A stretch of DNA of 64,000 bases from Rhodobacterales bacterium. GTDB lineage: Bacteria; Pseudomonadota; Alphaproteobacteria; Rhodobacterales; CAZPXZ01. Shown here piece after piece: positions 49,146-59,118 of the stretch. The DNA lies in NCBI GenBank assembly GCA_965221505.1, contig CBDCSI010000002.1, forward strand, positions 60,341-124,340. Direction: 5' to 3'. The position numbers were made by a program, and so were the translations under genes. The notes under the pieces were generated by a model. The model made no database searches, was not told where the DNA came from, and worked only from the letters and a program-made list of their open reading frames with translations. Within the stretch, counting starts at the first letter, position 1; each line of letters begins with the position of its first letter.

Positions 49146-50411
49146 CTAGTGCAGCCTCGGGACAGGGCCGACGCCCTTTTCGTCGATATGCAGTCCGCGC
49201 TCGAAACGGTCGAGGGTAAAGGCGGAATTGAACTCGTGCGGGCGGTCGTTGGCGATCGTGTGCGCAAAGCACCAGCCGGACGCCGGCGTGGCCTTGAACC
49301 CGCCGTAGTTCCAACCGGCGTTCAGATAGAGTCCGTCTATGGGCGTGCGGCAGATGAAGGGCGAGCCGTCCATCGACATGTCCATGACCCCCGCCCACTG
49401 CCGCACCAGCCGCACCCGCCCCAGGCACGGCATCAGCATCGTCGCGCAGCTGGCTACGTCCTCGACGATCGGCAGGTTGCCGCGCTGGGCGTAGGAGTTG
49501 TACCCGTCCAGATCGCCGCCCATCACCATTCCGCCCTTGTCGGACTGGCTGATGTAGAAATGTCCGCCCGGAACGCCGTAGGCGACCACCACGTCGAGGA
49601 GCGGTTTCAGCGGCTCGGAAACGAAGGCCTGCAGCTTGTGGCTCTCGATCGGCAACGGACCCAGCCCGGCCTTCGCGGCGACGCGGGAGGTGTTGCCGGC
49701 GACCGCCAGGCCGATTTTTTCGGCCCGGATCTCGCCCCGGTCGGTCTCCACGCCCACGATTCGGCCGGCCTCGCGCAGGAAACCGGTGACCTCGCAGCGC
49801 TGGACGATGTCCACGCCGAGTCCGTCTGCGGCCCGCGCGTAGCCCCACGCCACAGCGTCGTGCCGCGCCGTGCCGGCCCGGCGTTGGCGAACCGCGCCGT
49901 GGATGCGGAACCGGGCGTCCGGCGCGTAGTCGAGATGCGGCAAGAGCCGCATCACCTCGTCGCGAGACAGGAGTTCGGCGTCGATTCCGTTCAGCCGCAT
50001 GACGTTCGCCCGTCGGGCGGCCGCGTCGCGCTCCGTCGGGCCGTAGAACAGGCCGATCAGTCCGCGCTGGCTGAACATGACGTTGTAGTTCAACTCTCGG
50101 GAGAGGTCCTCCCAGAGCTTCAGCGAATGCTCGTAAAACTCGGTGTTGCCCGGCATCATGTAGTTCGAGCGCACGATCGTGGTGTTGCGCCCGACGTTGC
50201 CGGAGCCGATCCAGTTCTTCTCCAGCACCGCCACCCGCCGGACCCCGTGGCGCCGGGCGAGGTAGTAGGCCGTGGCGAGACCGTGGCCGCCCCCGCCGAC
50301 GACGATCGCGTCGTAGGCCGGCTTCGGATCCGGGCTGCGCCAGGCCTGCGACCAGGACCGCTGCCCCGTCAGACCGTTCCAGAACAGGGACCAGGCGGAG
50401 TATCGTCTCAT
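49146..50411 (-). CDS. soxB: Sarcosine oxidase beta subunit
   Basis: GGGGHGLATAYYLA, GNVGRNTTIVRSNY, ARHDAVAWG, GGFKATP. Not thiosulfohydrolase SoxB. Confidence 0.94.
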   Translation of the reverse strand: MRRYSAWSLFWNGLTGQRSWSQAWRSPDPKPAYDAIVVGGGGHGLATAYYLARRHGVRRVAVLEKNWIGSGNVGRNTTIVRSNYMMPGNTEFYEHSLKLWEDLSRELNYNVMFSQRGLIGLFYGPTERDAAARRANVMRLNGIDAELLSRDEVMRLLPHLDYAPDARFRIHGAVRQRRAGTARHDAVAWGYARAADGLGVDIVQRCEVTGFLREAGRIVGVETDRGEIRAEKIGLAVAGNTSRVAAKAGLGPLPIESHKLQAFVSEPLKPLLDVVVAYGVPGGHFYISQSDKGGMVMGGDLDGYNSYAQRGNLPIVEDVASCATMLMPCLGRVRLVRQWAGVMDMSMDGSPFICRTPIDGLYLNAGWNYGGFKATPASGWCFAHTIANDRPHEFNSAFTLDRFERGLHIDEKGVGPVPRLH

Positions 50412-50548
50412 GTCCGATGCCACCGTCCTGTCCCTGCCGGATGGGCGCCCGACGTTGCCGCAGCCGCCGCGCACCGGACGGTAGCGGTTCGTGGAACGGG
50501 ACCGTAGCGCCGTCTCTTTCGAGCGCAAGTGCCGCCGAATCCCGCCGT

Positions 50549-51394
50549 TCAACCGTGCGGAGGCCGCCACGAAACCCCGCCGCGCATCCGCCCCGATCCG
50601 TCGCCGCCCTCGATCCAGAGCGCCATCCCGTCCTCGCGCGGCGCCCCGCAGGCGCGGAAGGTCTCGACGTGAAAGACCGGCGCCTCCGCCCGGTATTCGA
50701 ACCGGCGGATTCGCCGGCCCTCCTCCGCGGCCGCGGTCTGCGCCAGATCGAACATCGCGCTCGCGAGGAGCGGGCCGTGCACCACCAGCCCCGGATACCC
50801 CTCCACGGTGCGGCACCAGTCGAGGTCGTAGTGGATTCGGTGGGCGTTGTACGTCAGCGCCGAGTAGCGGAACAGCATCCGCTCGTCCGCCTGCCAGTCG
50901 CGACTCCGGGACGCGGCCTCGCCCGGTTCGAATCCGGCCGCCGGCGCTCCCTTCTCCCGCGCCGTGCGATAGACGATCGTCTGCCGCTCCTCGAGTCCGC
51001 CCATGGCGTGCCGAACGGCGACGAAACAGAGCGGTCCCGATCGTCCCCGCTTCGACTCGACGGACTCGATCCGGGAGACGCGCTCCGCGGATCGCCCGAT
51101 CCGCGGGGCCGGCTCTCCGATCTCGAAGGAGCCGGCCGCCCACATCCGGCTCGGCAACGGGACCGGCGGCATGAACTGCCCGCGCGCCAGATGGCCGTCC
51201 GGTCCGAGAGACGTATGACGGTGCGCTGCGAGAAAATACGCCCAGTTCCAGGTCGCCGGCAGCGGGTCGCCGAACTGCGGCGCCGCCGCCTCGAGCTCCA
51301 GCGCCCCGGCGAGCGCTGCGGCGCGCCAGGCGTCGAGCGTATCCGCGACGCGATCCCCGCGCCCGATCCAGTCGCTCCAGTCCGATCGCGTCAC
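50549..51394 (-). CDS. Double hot-dog (MaoC-like) acyl-CoA hydratase, mesaconyl-C4-CoA/itaconyl-CoA hydratase-like
   Basis: LGPDGH, PVPLPSRMWAAG, FRYSALTYNAHRIHYD, GLVVHGPL. Confidence 0.85.
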   Translation of the reverse strand: MTRSDWSDWIGRGDRVADTLDAWRAAALAGALELEAAAPQFGDPLPATWNWAYFLAAHRHTSLGPDGHLARGQFMPPVPLPSRMWAAGSFEIGEPAPRIGRSAERVSRIESVESKRGRSGPLCFVAVRHAMGGLEERQTIVYRTAREKGAPAAGFEPGEAASRSRDWQADERMLFRYSALTYNAHRIHYDLDWCRTVEGYPGLVVHGPLLASAMFDLAQTAAAEEGRRIRRFEYRAEAPVFHVETFRACGAPREDGMALWIEGGDGSGRMRGGVSWRPPHG

Positions 51395-51460
51395 CGGCGC
51401 GTTCCCCCCGTATCCGGTGCGCTCCGCGAATGCGTGACCCCGCTCCGCAAGGCGACCCCC

Positions 51461-53212
51461 TCAGCCGCTCCGCGCTTCGGGCGGCGCCGACCCGAACCCG
51501 ACCGGGCGAAGCAGGGCGAAGTCGCAACCCTCGTCGGCCTGCAACACCTCCTCGGCGAAAAGCCGGTCGTAGCCGCGCTTCGCGGGCGCGCCCCGACGGG
51601 CTTCCCACTGCTTCCGTCGAGCCGCCATCTCCTCCGGCCCGACACGGAGATCGAGGCGGCGTTCGGCCACCGAAATCGAGATGCGGTCGCCGCTTCGAAC
51701 GAGCGCCAGCGGACCGCCCGCGGCCGCCTCCGGCGAGACGTGTAGCACGACGGTCCCGAAGGCGGTTCCGGACATGCGCGCATCCGAGACGCGGATCATG
51801 TCCCGCACGCCGGCGGCGGCCAGCTTTCGGGGAATGGGCAGATACCCCGCCTCGGGCATGCCGGCCGGACTCCTCGGGCCGGCGTTCTGCAGCACCAGGA
51901 CGTCGCCGGGCTCCACGTCCAGATCCGGATCGTCGATGCGGGCCGCCAGGTCTTCCAGCGAGGCGAACACGACCGCGCGCCCCTCGGTCTCGAACAGCGA
52001 CGGATCGGCGGCGGACCGCTTCAGGATGGCCCCCCGCGGAGCGAGGGTACCGTAGAGGGCCACCAGACCGCCTTGCGGCTCGACCGGATCGGACGCACAA
52101 CGGACGACGTCGCCCTTCGGCGCAGGGGCCGCTCCGGCGATGCGCGCGCCGAGCGTCTCTCCCGTGACCGTCGGACAGTCGAGGTCCAGGAGCGGCTCCA
52201 ATTCCTGCAGCACCGCAGTGAGGCCGCCGGCGGCGAAGAAATCCTCCATGTAGTGCGGCCCGGTCGGCTTCAGGTTCACCAGCACAGGGGTGGCGTCCGA
52301 GAGTTCGTTGAGCCAGGAGAGCGGCAGGTCGATTCCCGCCCGGCCCGCGATCGCAGTGAGATGGATGACCGCGTTGGTCGAGCCGCCGAGCGCCAGGACG
52401 ACCCGAAGGGCGTTGCCGACGGACGCCCGCGTGACGATTTCGCTCGGGCGCACCGGGCGCTCGACGAGCCGAACAGCCGCGCGCCCCGTCTCTTCCGCCG
52501 CCCGGAGACGGTCGGCGTGAACCGCAGGAATTGCCGCGGTTCCGGGCAGCGTCATGCCGAGCGCCTCGGCCACGCAAGCCATGGTGGACGCGGTGCCCAT
52601 GACCGGACAGGTGCCGGCCGTGGTCGCGAGCCGCCCCTCGATCGCGGAGATTTGCGCCCGGTCGATCCGGCCGGCGCGATACTGGTGCCAGAACCTGCGG
52701 CAATCCGTGCAGGCGCCGAGGCGCTCCGTACCGTGGCGGCCCGTCGTCATCGGGCCCGCGACCAGCTGGATCGAAGGTCGGTCCGCCGACACCGCCCCCA
52801 TCAACTGGGCCGGGACCGTCTTGTCGCAGCCGCCCATCAGCACCACGGAGTCCATCGGCTGGGCCCGGATCATCTCCTCGGTATCCATCGACATGAGGTT
52901 GCGGAACTTCATGCTGGTCGGGCTCAGGAACGCCTCCCCGAGCGAGACGGTCGGAAACTCGATCGGCAGCGCCCCGGCGCACAGGACCCCGCGCTTCACC
53001 GCCTCGAGCAGCTCCGGAAAATGCCGGTGGCAATTGTTGAACCCGGACGCGGTATACGCGATGCCCACCACCGGTCGGGCGAGCGTCGAATCGGTGTAGC
53101 CCATCGACCTGGCGAAGGAGCGCCGGAGATAGAGCGCAAATCCGGAGTCGCCGTAGTGGGTCAGCCCGCCCGACAGCCCCTGCCCCGTGCCTGCTTCGTC
53201 CGCCACGCGCAC
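51461..53212 (-). CDS. IlvD/Edd-family dehydratase (uncharacterised subfamily)
   Basis: FNNCH, GGCDKT, GTCPVMGTAST, GGSTN, SDARMSGT. Confidence 0.9.
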   Translation of the reverse strand: MRVADEAGTGQGLSGGLTHYGDSGFALYLRRSFARSMGYTDSTLARPVVGIAYTASGFNNCHRHFPELLEAVKRGVLCAGALPIEFPTVSLGEAFLSPTSMKFRNLMSMDTEEMIRAQPMDSVVLMGGCDKTVPAQLMGAVSADRPSIQLVAGPMTTGRHGTERLGACTDCRRFWHQYRAGRIDRAQISAIEGRLATTAGTCPVMGTASTMACVAEALGMTLPGTAAIPAVHADRLRAAEETGRAAVRLVERPVRPSEIVTRASVGNALRVVLALGGSTNAVIHLTAIAGRAGIDLPLSWLNELSDATPVLVNLKPTGPHYMEDFFAAGGLTAVLQELEPLLDLDCPTVTGETLGARIAGAAPAPKGDVVRCASDPVEPQGGLVALYGTLAPRGAILKRSAADPSLFETEGRAVVFASLEDLAARIDDPDLDVEPGDVLVLQNAGPRSPAGMPEAGYLPIPRKLAAAGVRDMIRVSDARMSGTAFGTVVLHVSPEAAAGGPLALVRSGDRISISVAERRLDLRVGPEEMAARRKQWEARRGAPAKRGYDRLFAEEVLQADEGCDFALLRPVGFGSAPPEARSG

Positions 53213-53479
53213 CTCCCATCCCCGGTGTCCGGCCGGCCTTCCGTCCCCGAACGGTCGCGGCCGGCTCGCCGGTGGCCGATCATACTGCGAACGGGCCGTG
53301 CGGAATGCGGAACGCCGGCAGAGACAGGCGAAGGCGAGCCGGTCGTCGACCGGGGTCCCGGCCTCGATCGACGGTCAAACCGGATTCGCCGCCCCGTCGC
53401 GACCGTACCCTGAATCCGTAGCGATGCGTTCGCGCAGGTCGATCGCTGCACTTCCGGTCAATTGGCTACTCTCTCCTGC

Positions 53480-54660
53480 GACGATCGGGGTTCCGGTCGA
53501 AGTTCGCGCGTCGAACGACGGAGCGACGCCGTCGGGCGGCGTCGGACCGCGGCTCCGGGGATGAAGCGTAGCGGCGCGCTGCGCCGGCTTGCGTCGTGCG
53601 AGTCTCCCGATCGGGGTTGGCCGGAGGTTCGGACGACGCCGACGCTGGGCCCGCCGACCCTGCGCGGGCTCGAGTCGGAGTCCGACGACTCGGTGGCGGA
53701 GACGGACCCGGGTCCTTGCGAATCGGTTCGGCGACACGAGGCGCGCGACATCGGCGGTTGGCATGGGCGGACTGCCCGTCGGCACCGGGAGGGCCAGGAG
53801 CGAACGGTTTCGTCGGAGACGGCGATCAGGGAGCTGCTGTTTCCGCATCATGACGAGGCTGCGGCGCGGGAGCGAGCGAAGGACAAGGCGCATGGGGGCG
53901 CAGGTCCCGGCTCTGTCGCCGTCGCTGGCACCGACCCGGGGCCGCCGGGCGGCGTTCGGCGTCGATCGGGCTATCGGAGGCGTCCGTGGCACAGGCGACG
54001 CCGGACAAGGGGAATACGAACGATCCTTCGTTCGAGCCGGTGGCGTCGGCGACCTGTCGTTCGGCGCTGGGCACGCCCCCGGAGAGCGCGGCGACCAGCC
54101 GCTCGCCGTCCACGTCCCGCAGATCGGGACGAAGGAGCGTTCGGAGATGCGAGGCGGCGACGCTTCGGCCATGGAGGGCAACGCGCGGACGCTTGCGACG
54201 GCAGCGAAGGCACTTCCCGCTTCTGCGCGACGTTTGCAAGTTCGCGGCAACTCGGCCGGGCACGGCCGGGACGCATTTCGGAACTGCGATCCTCGGGAGT
54301 CCCGGTCGAATTCTGCGCAACGCCTCGGGGCGATCGGATTCGCGATTTCGGACGTTCGCTCCGGAAATTTGCGGAAAGCGGTGGCGTAGGTCCCGGACGC
54401 AGACCGGCAACTCCTGGTGCGCCGGGAGCTCGAATATCCGAAGGAAGACGGGAAGCCCGTGCAGGTCGTCGAGGTTGCGGAGGTTCGGGCGGCCGTCGAA
54501 GTGAATTCGGTCTCCAGCGGGAACGGTGGCGGCAAGCGAGAAGAGAGCGTTCGACATGTCGTCCGTCGACGGGAGTCGGCGAACGGGTTCGGTACGGACG
54601 AAGAGGAGATCCCCGACAACGGGAGAGCCGACGCTTCGCACGCGCGTGCCGGCGGCCGAC
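53480..54660 (+). pseudogene. Degenerate IS1380-family transposase remnant
   Basis: Across three frames: DRGW, RTVSSETAIRELL..HDE, QATPD, DQPL..SEMRGGD, RGNSAG, IGFAIS..KAVA*VPDAD, EVAEV; frameshifts and in-frame TAG at 54387-54389; limits approximate. Confidence 0.6.
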
Positions 54661-54929
54661 TTCCCGCGCAACTACCCCGCCCGGGTACAGTGGCCCGCCG
54701 GAACCACGGGACAGGCCGAGTCCCGTTCCCAAATCACCCGCGAGATCCACATGTCCAGGATCGCGTCGGCAGCCCGGCATCACGCTCGAGACGAGGCGAA
54801 GCGGCCTTTGGAAGAGGCCAGCTGGGCAATCGGACCGATGATCCGGGAACCGGGCAACGGATTGACTCGCGCTCCGTTGGGTGCCAATAATCGTCGTCCA
54901 AGAGTTCTTTTCGACAGGAACCTCGCAAA

Positions 54930-57900
54930 ATGACCCCGACGGACTCCCGCCCGCCCTTCCGTTCCGGCGAATTCGTAGCGCCGACAGCCAGCGCGTTCGC
55001 CGGCTTCCTGCAAACGGCCGTCAATCGGTTGGCCGCGGCAGTGCCGGCCCGGCGTTCGCTGATCGCTCTCGTCAACGTCTTGTCGGGGCACGGCTCCCGC
55101 CCGTTCGGCGTTTCTCCGGTTCGGTCTCGACTCTGCAGAGTACTTTGCTTCGCAATTTCGGTAATTTCGACCGGCGGCATTCTCGCCACGAGCGCCAGTG
55201 CCCAGCTCGGCACTCCGAGTCTTACTCTTTCCGCCGGAAACGCGAGCGTCGTTGCGCGATACTCGACACAGTGCTACGTGGATCGGGCACAGATCTACAA
55301 GAAAGAAGCGACGGATACCGCGTTCGTACGGGTGGTAAACGATTCCGGACTAAACGTCCCCAGAAGCAAGTCCTACACGATCCGGAATCTGGCAAACGGA
55401 TTCGAGGTAGAGTTTTATGCCAGATTGTATTACAGTTCGCAGTCCGGGACCTGCGTGGGCGTCAGTGCCGGGTGGTATACTTCGAGCACGAGTAAGGCAA
55501 CGCCGCTCCGAATTTACGCCCCGCCCGACAACTTCGCCGCCACACCCGGCGACGGCCAGGTCACGCTTACGTGGGACGCCATCGGCGAGGCCACCAAGTG
55601 GCAGTCTCGTCATCGGCAAACGGGCACGGGCTGGCCGTCCGCATGGACCGACATCTCCGGCAGCGGAGCGACTACGGCCACCCACACGGTTTCAGGACTG
55701 AGCAACGGTACGTCCTACGATTTCCAGGTGCGCCCCATCAGGGGCACCACGGAAGGCAGCTCGGGCACGGCGACGGCGACGCCCATGCCGGCGCCGTCGG
55801 CCGCGACACTGAGCGCATCGCCCGGCGCAGGGCAGGTTACCCTGACGTGGACGCTCGCCGCGGCCGACGAGAGCATTCTCAGGTGGCAGTACCGGCAGCG
55901 CGCGGGCAATGCGGCGTTCGTGGACGATTGGGCCGACGTTCCGGACAGCGACGCGGCGACGCGGCGGCACACCGTAAGCCAACTGACGAACAATACGGAA
56001 TACGGCTTCCAGGTTCGTGCGATAAACGCCTACGGCGACGGCGCGGAGTCGAACGAGGCGAAATCGACGCCCAAGCCGGTGCCGTCCGCTGCGGTTCTCA
56101 CCGCGTCGCCTGGCGTACGGCAGGTCGCCCTGTCCTGGACGCTTGCAGGAGCGGACACCGGGATTCTCAGGTGGCAGTACCGGCAGCGTGCGGGCAATGC
56201 GGCGTTCGCGGACGATTGGGCCGACGTTCCGGACAGCGGCGCGGCGACGCGGCGGCTTACCGTAAGCCAACTGACGAACAATACCGAATACGGCTTCCAG
56301 GTTCGTGCGATCAACGCCTCCGGCAACGGCGCGGAGTCGAACGAGGCGAAATCGACGCCCATGCCGGCGCCGTCCGCTGCGGTTCTCACCGCGTCGCCTG
56401 GCATACGGCAAGTCGCCCTGTCCTGGACGCTTGCAGGAGCGGACACCGGGATTCTCAGGTGGCAGTACCGGCAGCGCGCGGGCAATGCGGCGTTCGCGGA
56501 CGATTGGGCCGACGTTCCGGACAGCGGCGCGGCGACGCGGCGGCTTACCGTAAGCCAACTGACGAACAATACCGAATACGGCTTCCAGGTTCGTGCGATA
56601 AACGCCTACGGCGACGGCGCGGAGTCGAACGAGGCGAAATCGACGCCCATGCCGCTGCCGTCCGCTGCGGTTCTCACCGCGTCGCCTGGCGTACGTCAGG
56701 TCGCCCTGTCCTGGACGCTTGCAGGAGCGGACACCGGGATTCTCGGGTGGCAGTACCGGCAGCGTGAGGGCAGCGCCGCGTTCGGGGACGACTGGACGGA
56801 CGTACCGGGCAGCGGCGCGGCGACGCGGGACCATACGGTGACGGAACTGACCAGGGATGCCGAATTCGGCTTCCAGGTTCGCGCGGTGAACGCCGTCGGC
56901 GAAGGCGCGAGCTCGAACGAGGCAACGGCGACGCCCCAGCAGGGACCGTCGTCCGAAATGGAAGAGCGAGTGTTGAATCGCGTGGTGGCCGCGGTGGCGC
57001 AGGAAACGCTCGCGGGTGCGGCGCATACCATCGGGCAGCGCTTCGATGCGGCGCCGGGCGCACAGTCGTTGACGCTGGCCGGACGGCGAGTGGGCGGCGC
57101 CGGACCGGGTCTTCGACCCGGCCGCGGAATTGCCCTTGGCGGCGCGCTTGACGGGATCGGGAGCCGGGGCGACGACCCGTCGTACGGCGTCGACGGGGAG
57201 GCACTCCTTCGGGACAGCGCGTTCGCCCTCTCGCTCGCGAACGAGGAGGCGGGCGCGGACGGCCCGTACTGGACCGTCTGGGGCCGTGGCGACTGGCGCG
57301 GATTCGAGGGTCGCAGGAACGGCGACAGCTGGGACGGCAAGCAACGAGCGGGCTGGCTGGGCGCGGACGTCCGTCTGAACGATCGGTTGATGGCAGGGGC
57401 GGCAGCGTCCCGGAGCCGGAGCGAAGCGAACTACCGACTGGACGAATTCGACGGAAGTCTCGATACGACTCTGACGGCAATATGGCCCTATGCGCAAATG
57501 ACGGCGAACAACGGCGGTGCCTTGCGCCTGGTCCTGGGCGCGGGCAAGGGCGAAGCAGAACACCGGGCGTTTACCGGCAATGTGGAGAAGGCGGACCTGT
57601 CGCTTCTGACGGGTTCGGCGAGCGGTCGGCTGCCGGTGGCGCGGCTGGGCGGTCTGTCGCTGTCGGCGTTCGGCAGTGCGAGCCTCTCCCAAATCGAAAC
57701 CGACAAGTCGTCTTCGGCACCGTCGCTCGGCGGTCTTTCGGCAAGGAGCTGGCGCCTGCGCGGCGGCGTGGAAGCGGAACGCGACGGCTTCGCGCCGTTT
57801 TCGGTTTCGGACTGGCTGCTTCGACCGCGCGGCGCGCTGACGGTGCGCCAGGACGGCGGCGACGGGGTGACCGGCTCCGGCATCGAGGTTTCGGGCGGAA

Positions 57901-58358
57901 TGCGGATGTCGGCGCCGGGCGGGCGCTTCAGCGTCGATGCGAGCGGCCGCTGGCTGGCGCTGCATTCCGAGAGCGGCACGCAGGAATGGGGCGCGAGTCT
58001 GGAATCGCGACTCGCGCCGGAGTCCGACGGGCGCGGCCTGTCGCTCGCGCTCGGTCCGTCATGGGGGTCGCAGCTGCCCGGTGCGCTGACGCGCGAGCCG
58101 CTGTTCGACCGGATGCGCGACCAAGACACGCCGCAGCGTCTGTCGCTGGCCGCGCGCGCCGGCTACGGCATCGCGGCGGCCGGCGGGCTTCTGACGCCGT
58201 TTGCCGACCTGGCGCTCGACGACGGGTCGGGCACGCAGCACTACCGGACGGGCATTCGTTTCGCCCGGCGCGGAATCGGCACCGCTCTGACGGTCGAACG
58301 CCGCAACGGCATCGAGCCTGACACCCGCGTCGGACTCGACCTGCGAATTCACAACTGA
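54930..58358 (+). CDS. Fibronectin type III repeat protein with autotransporter-like beta-barrel C-terminus (start uncertain)
   Basis: Signal-like ILATSASA/Q; FN3 units (VTLTW, WQYRQR, LTNNTEYGFQVRAIN); C-terminal WTVWGRG, RQDGGDGVTGSGIEV, LLTPF. Confidence 0.85.
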   Translation: MTPTDSRPPFRSGEFVAPTASAFAGFLQTAVNRLAAAVPARRSLIALVNVLSGHGSRPFGVSPVRSRLCRVLCFAISVISTGGILATSASAQLGTPSLTLSAGNASVVARYSTQCYVDRAQIYKKEATDTAFVRVVNDSGLNVPRSKSYTIRNLANGFEVEFYARLYYSSQSGTCVGVSAGWYTSSTSKATPLRIYAPPDNFAATPGDGQVTLTWDAIGEATKWQSRHRQTGTGWPSAWTDISGSGATTATHTVSGLSNGTSYDFQVRPIRGTTEGSSGTATATPMPAPSAATLSASPGAGQVTLTWTLAAADESILRWQYRQRAGNAAFVDDWADVPDSDAATRRHTVSQLTNNTEYGFQVRAINAYGDGAESNEAKSTPKPVPSAAVLTASPGVRQVALSWTLAGADTGILRWQYRQRAGNAAFADDWADVPDSGAATRRLTVSQLTNNTEYGFQVRAINASGNGAESNEAKSTPMPAPSAAVLTASPGIRQVALSWTLAGADTGILRWQYRQRAGNAAFADDWADVPDSGAATRRLTVSQLTNNTEYGFQVRAINAYGDGAESNEAKSTPMPLPSAAVLTASPGVRQVALSWTLAGADTGILGWQYRQREGSAAFGDDWTDVPGSGAATRDHTVTELTRDAEFGFQVRAVNAVGEGASSNEATATPQQGPSSEMEERVLNRVVAAVAQETLAGAAHTIGQRFDAAPGAQSLTLAGRRVGGAGPGLRPGRGIALGGALDGIGSRGDDPSYGVDGEALLRDSAFALSLANEEAGADGPYWTVWGRGDWRGFEGRRNGDSWDGKQRAGWLGADVRLNDRLMAGAAASRSRSEANYRLDEFDGSLDTTLTAIWPYAQMTANNGGALRLVLGAGKGEAEHRAFTGNVEKADLSLLTGSASGRLPVARLGGLSLSAFGSASLSQIETDKSSSAPSLGGLSARSWRLRGGVEAERDGFAPFSVSDWLLRPRGALTVRQDGGDGVTGSGIEVSGGMRMSAPGGRFSVDASGRWLALHSESGTQEWGASLESRLAPESDGRGLSLALGPSWGSQLPGALTREPLFDRMRDQDTPQRLSLAARAGYGIAAAGGLLTPFADLALDDGSGTQHYRTGIRFARRGIGTALTVERRNGIEPDTRVGLDLRIHN
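55782..56933 (+). repeat. Four tandem 288-bp (96-aa) FN3-coding repeats
   Basis: Unit starts at 55782, 56070, 56358 and 56646, exact 288-nt period; middle copies near-identical at DNA level. Confidence 0.95.
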
Positions 58359-59118
58359 CGCTCCGATGTCCGGCGCGCCGACCTGACGGCTGCCGCCTCG
58401 CCGAGGGACCGCTACCCAGCCGCCCTGCCGTCAGCCGCGTTCCGACCGCTGCCGCATAGCGTGTGAGGTGCGCGAGGAAGGCCTGCGCGAGCGCCTCTGC
58501 AGTTCCGCCCCCCCGGACTCGATCCGCCTCGACCGCTCCGTCGTCTCCGACCTGGCGTGGACCTCGGTCAAGGAGTCGGCCCGCCGCCAGGCGGGTCTCT
58601 CGCTACGATATCGGAGGTCAGCTTGCGAGCGGGAGCAGTCCGCGACGCGAGAGAGCGGTCGCGACATGAGACCCTCGTCTACGCGGGCATCGGCCGCAAT
58701 GGTCCCGGCCCGCGTTTGCCGACGGGATCGCCGTCGCGGCCTGGCTCCCACGGACGGGCCGACATCCGGCGACCGGCGGCCCCGAAACGCGCCCGATGCC
58801 CGGCGAATCGGTCCCCAGGGGCCAGTTGGGCAATTGGACCGACAATCCCGATTCCTGCGCATCGCCTTGCAGCGCGTCGAATTCCGCGTAAGATGCGGCA
58901 CGGTCCGAAACGATCGGACGCTCGAGCGGCGCAGAGCCTGTGACGGCCGTCGGCGGCTCGAGCGCGAACCCGGATCGCACCTCGTTGCGCCTCCCGCCCC
59001 GACCAGGCACGGCTTCCCGAAACGGCGGGTATCGGGTTGGGTTGCGCAGGACGATCCGGTCCGACGGAGTCGCCGGGAAAACGGGCGCCGGTGCAGCTGG
59101 GACGGGGAGGAGGCACAG

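Noticed and set aside
45249-50411. soxB/soxD/soxA/soxG as the missing sulfur-oxidation genes
   Set aside because: These are sarcosine oxidase subunits that only share the gene symbols.
49146-53219. Apparent 1357-aa fusion ending in sarcosine oxidase beta (likewise 39492-41915, 23914-26220, 26805-29015)
   Set aside because: The upstream parts are off-frame readings of neighbouring genes; true starts lie internally at operon junctions.
54387-54389. In-frame TAG as possible pyrrolysine or readthrough
   Set aside because: It lies in a multiply frameshifted transposase relic; a simple nonsense mutation explains it.
53462-54841. 459-aa ORF as an intact protein
   Set aside because: Only its first part follows the transposase frame; the rest is off-frame.
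55782-56933. CRISPR array or diversity-generating retroelement
   Set aside because: The repeats are in-frame 288-bp protein domains with no spacers; no cas or reverse transcriptase gene is present.
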